A model generated the notes under the pieces. The model saw only the letters and a list, made by a program, of their open reading frames with translations. It had not been told where the DNA came from and ran no database searches. From Lingula anatina (lineage: Eukaryota; Animalia; Brachiopoda), in NCBI GenBank assembly GCA_051362555.1, contig CM120646.1:20894001-20958000 (forward strand): DNA of 64,000 nt, in the 5' to 3' direction. Numbering within the stretch: the first letter of the stretch is position 1; every line of letters starts with the position of its first letter. A program made the translations under genes and the position numbers. Shown in pieces: positions 62,701 to 64,000 of this stretch.

Positions 62701-63445
62701 GCATTATAATAAGGGGCTCATAATCCCATGACGAAAATATCAATACCAAAATGACGGTACAGGATTGGAGCCCAAACTTGTCGATTGATTTGAGGTGTTA
62801 AAGTTGTTAAAGGTGTTAAATTAATGCTAATTTTTAATCCAATGGACTCACCTATTGGGATTTTTATCGAATGTCCCAATATACGAGTACTGGTATCGAT
62901 GACACTGACATCTCGTAGAAATCTTGGTCGGAGATGAAATCGCTTGAAGGCCTCGATATTCTCTCCATGCGTCTGCCCCGCAGTCTGCACGGCTTCAATG
63001 AACATGTAGGCGCCTGGATCAAGTTGGCGTTTTGCTGCATCTTTGTAGGCATACACATTAACCAAAGTGCGGCCCACCTGACATAATAAAGTAATATGTT
63101 ATGGTAAGAGGACAAACAAAAACGTGCTCAGGGGCGGATTTAGGCCGTCTTCTGGGTCTTCCGGAAGACGGTCAGATTTTCAAGTTTACTTTGACAGGTA
63201 TCCAATTTTTCATGTTGGAAGACGGTCAAAATTAGAGGGTGAATCAACAAAGATAATTTGGAAGACTGTCAGAAAATATCTGCCGTGCTTGTGTTCTATT
63301 GTGTATGGTTTGTACTTGTATGCCCGTGACTGAGATATCCACATTTGATTTGCATTGACCAGAGGCCTTGACAAACAATACACAACGAAAAAAAAATACA
63401 TACATCACCGGCGGCTCGAGTTAAAAGCTCCGTAGGAACTGACAT
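56765..63445 (-). CDS. FMN-dependent alpha-hydroxy acid oxidase, paralogue 2, C-terminal CCaaX. Exons 63404-63445, 62852-63077, 59283-59507, 58556-58862, 58164-58294, 57081-57203, 56765-56880 (389 aa).
   Basis: Internal exon sizes identical to paralogue 1 (226/225/307/131/123 nt) with the same motifs. N-terminus [14 protein letters not shown], with an in-frame stop upstream of the ATG. C-terminus [12 protein letters not shown]. Confidence 0.92.
59575..59758. mobile_element. CMC/EnSpm-like MITE with 2-bp TSD
   Basis: CA|CCGGAGTGACAGGA ... TCCTGTCACATCGG|CA; internal GGTTAG-like repeats. Confidence 0.6.
60366..60510 (-). mobile_element. Probable 3' end of a retroposon (RTE-LINE- or SINE-like) with a (GAT)n tail
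   Basis: GC-rich segment ending on the minus strand in GTGACAGGATGAGATGATGATGATG; family assignment is by resemblance only. Confidence 0.4.
61240..61448 (+). mobile_element. Degenerate short HINE-like element (third family)
   Basis: CTGTTTGTT..AACTCAAAAATTTATGAGTGGATTTTGATGCAAATTTTCAGG..AAATTTTGGTGATGAT..GCGGAGCTCTGTGCTCT..GTAGT; a related 3' end GGTGGAGGTTTGTGCTCT is at ~57750. Confidence 0.4.
63129..63282. mobile_element. MITE, same family as 4932-5096, in intron 1 of oxidase paralogue 2
   Basis: CAGGGGCGGATTTAGGCCGTCTTCTGGGTCTTCCGGAAGACGG..GGAAGACTGTCAGAAAATATCT is the reverse complement of 4945-5096. Confidence 0.75.
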
Positions 63446-64000
63446 GACTAAACGGGAACTTCACAATAAACAGTTTCTCTACCACAGCGTTGCTTGACCA
63501 CTGAGGAAAAGATAGTAAAACATAGCCAACTATTCTGATTCACGTGATTTGGTGACGACGTTTCTCATGCGGGCGCGACAAATAAGAGTTGTCAACACAA
63601 TTGGAGTCATACACCCTGTATTACAGAAGCCGCTAAGACACTGGAAACACTCCTTTATAGCAGAAAGATCAGATCCTAGAGTTCTATGAAGCTCAGGGTT
63701 GGCCCATAAAAGTCATAAAACGAGGATTTTATAGTAATCCCGAGGCACTTGTTGCGAGCGATTTCTATCCGTGTGATACGTATTTATTCGCTGAAATCAT
63801 AGTACCTGAGTGCACGTTCAAGTAAATTATGTTGTCTGGCATACCAGACAAGAAGACGTGCGAGAATCCGCTTGAGGTGGGAGTTTACTCTTTAGTCATA
63901 ATGGTGTAATATTACGTCATATGGGAGATCTTGAGATATCTCGGATCATTACCATTTTCTCAATATTTTATTCAACCCAATAACCGGGTAACCTTTTTTT

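Noticed and set aside
50808-63445. Horizontal transfer of bacterial lactate oxidase, or assigning HAO1/HAO2 symbols
   Set aside because: The genes have six spliceosomal introns each, and nothing visible separates bacterial from animal ancestry. Orthology needs a phylogeny.

Overview
AT-rich, intron-rich animal (invertebrate) genomic DNA, not prokaryotic. The left half (1-32 kb) holds the 3' part of a plus-strand multi-exon gene for an acidic, low-complexity protein. Its introns are packed with non-autonomous transposons: four co-oriented Helentron-type (HINE/DINE-like) elements carrying ~145-bp tandem repeats, a second nested HINE family, a hAT-like element with a 6-bp TSD, a 3.8-kb P-like element with a 7-bp TSD, TTAA MITEs and fold-backs. 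The right half holds a complete ~30-exon NOMO gene (minus), a divergent small secreted 8-Cys CS-alpha-beta (myticin/defensin-like) anionic peptide gene, and two tandem 7-exon FMN-dependent alpha-hydroxy-acid-oxidase paralogues (minus). Most striking: neither oxidase ends in the usual peroxisomal PTS1. One has a putative N-terminal signal peptide. The other lacks that hydrophobic core and ends in a CCaaX prenylation box (SACCALQ*). Both have remodelled substrate-binding motifs. Exon models were built by eye from GT-AG sites and codon phase; no database searches were run.
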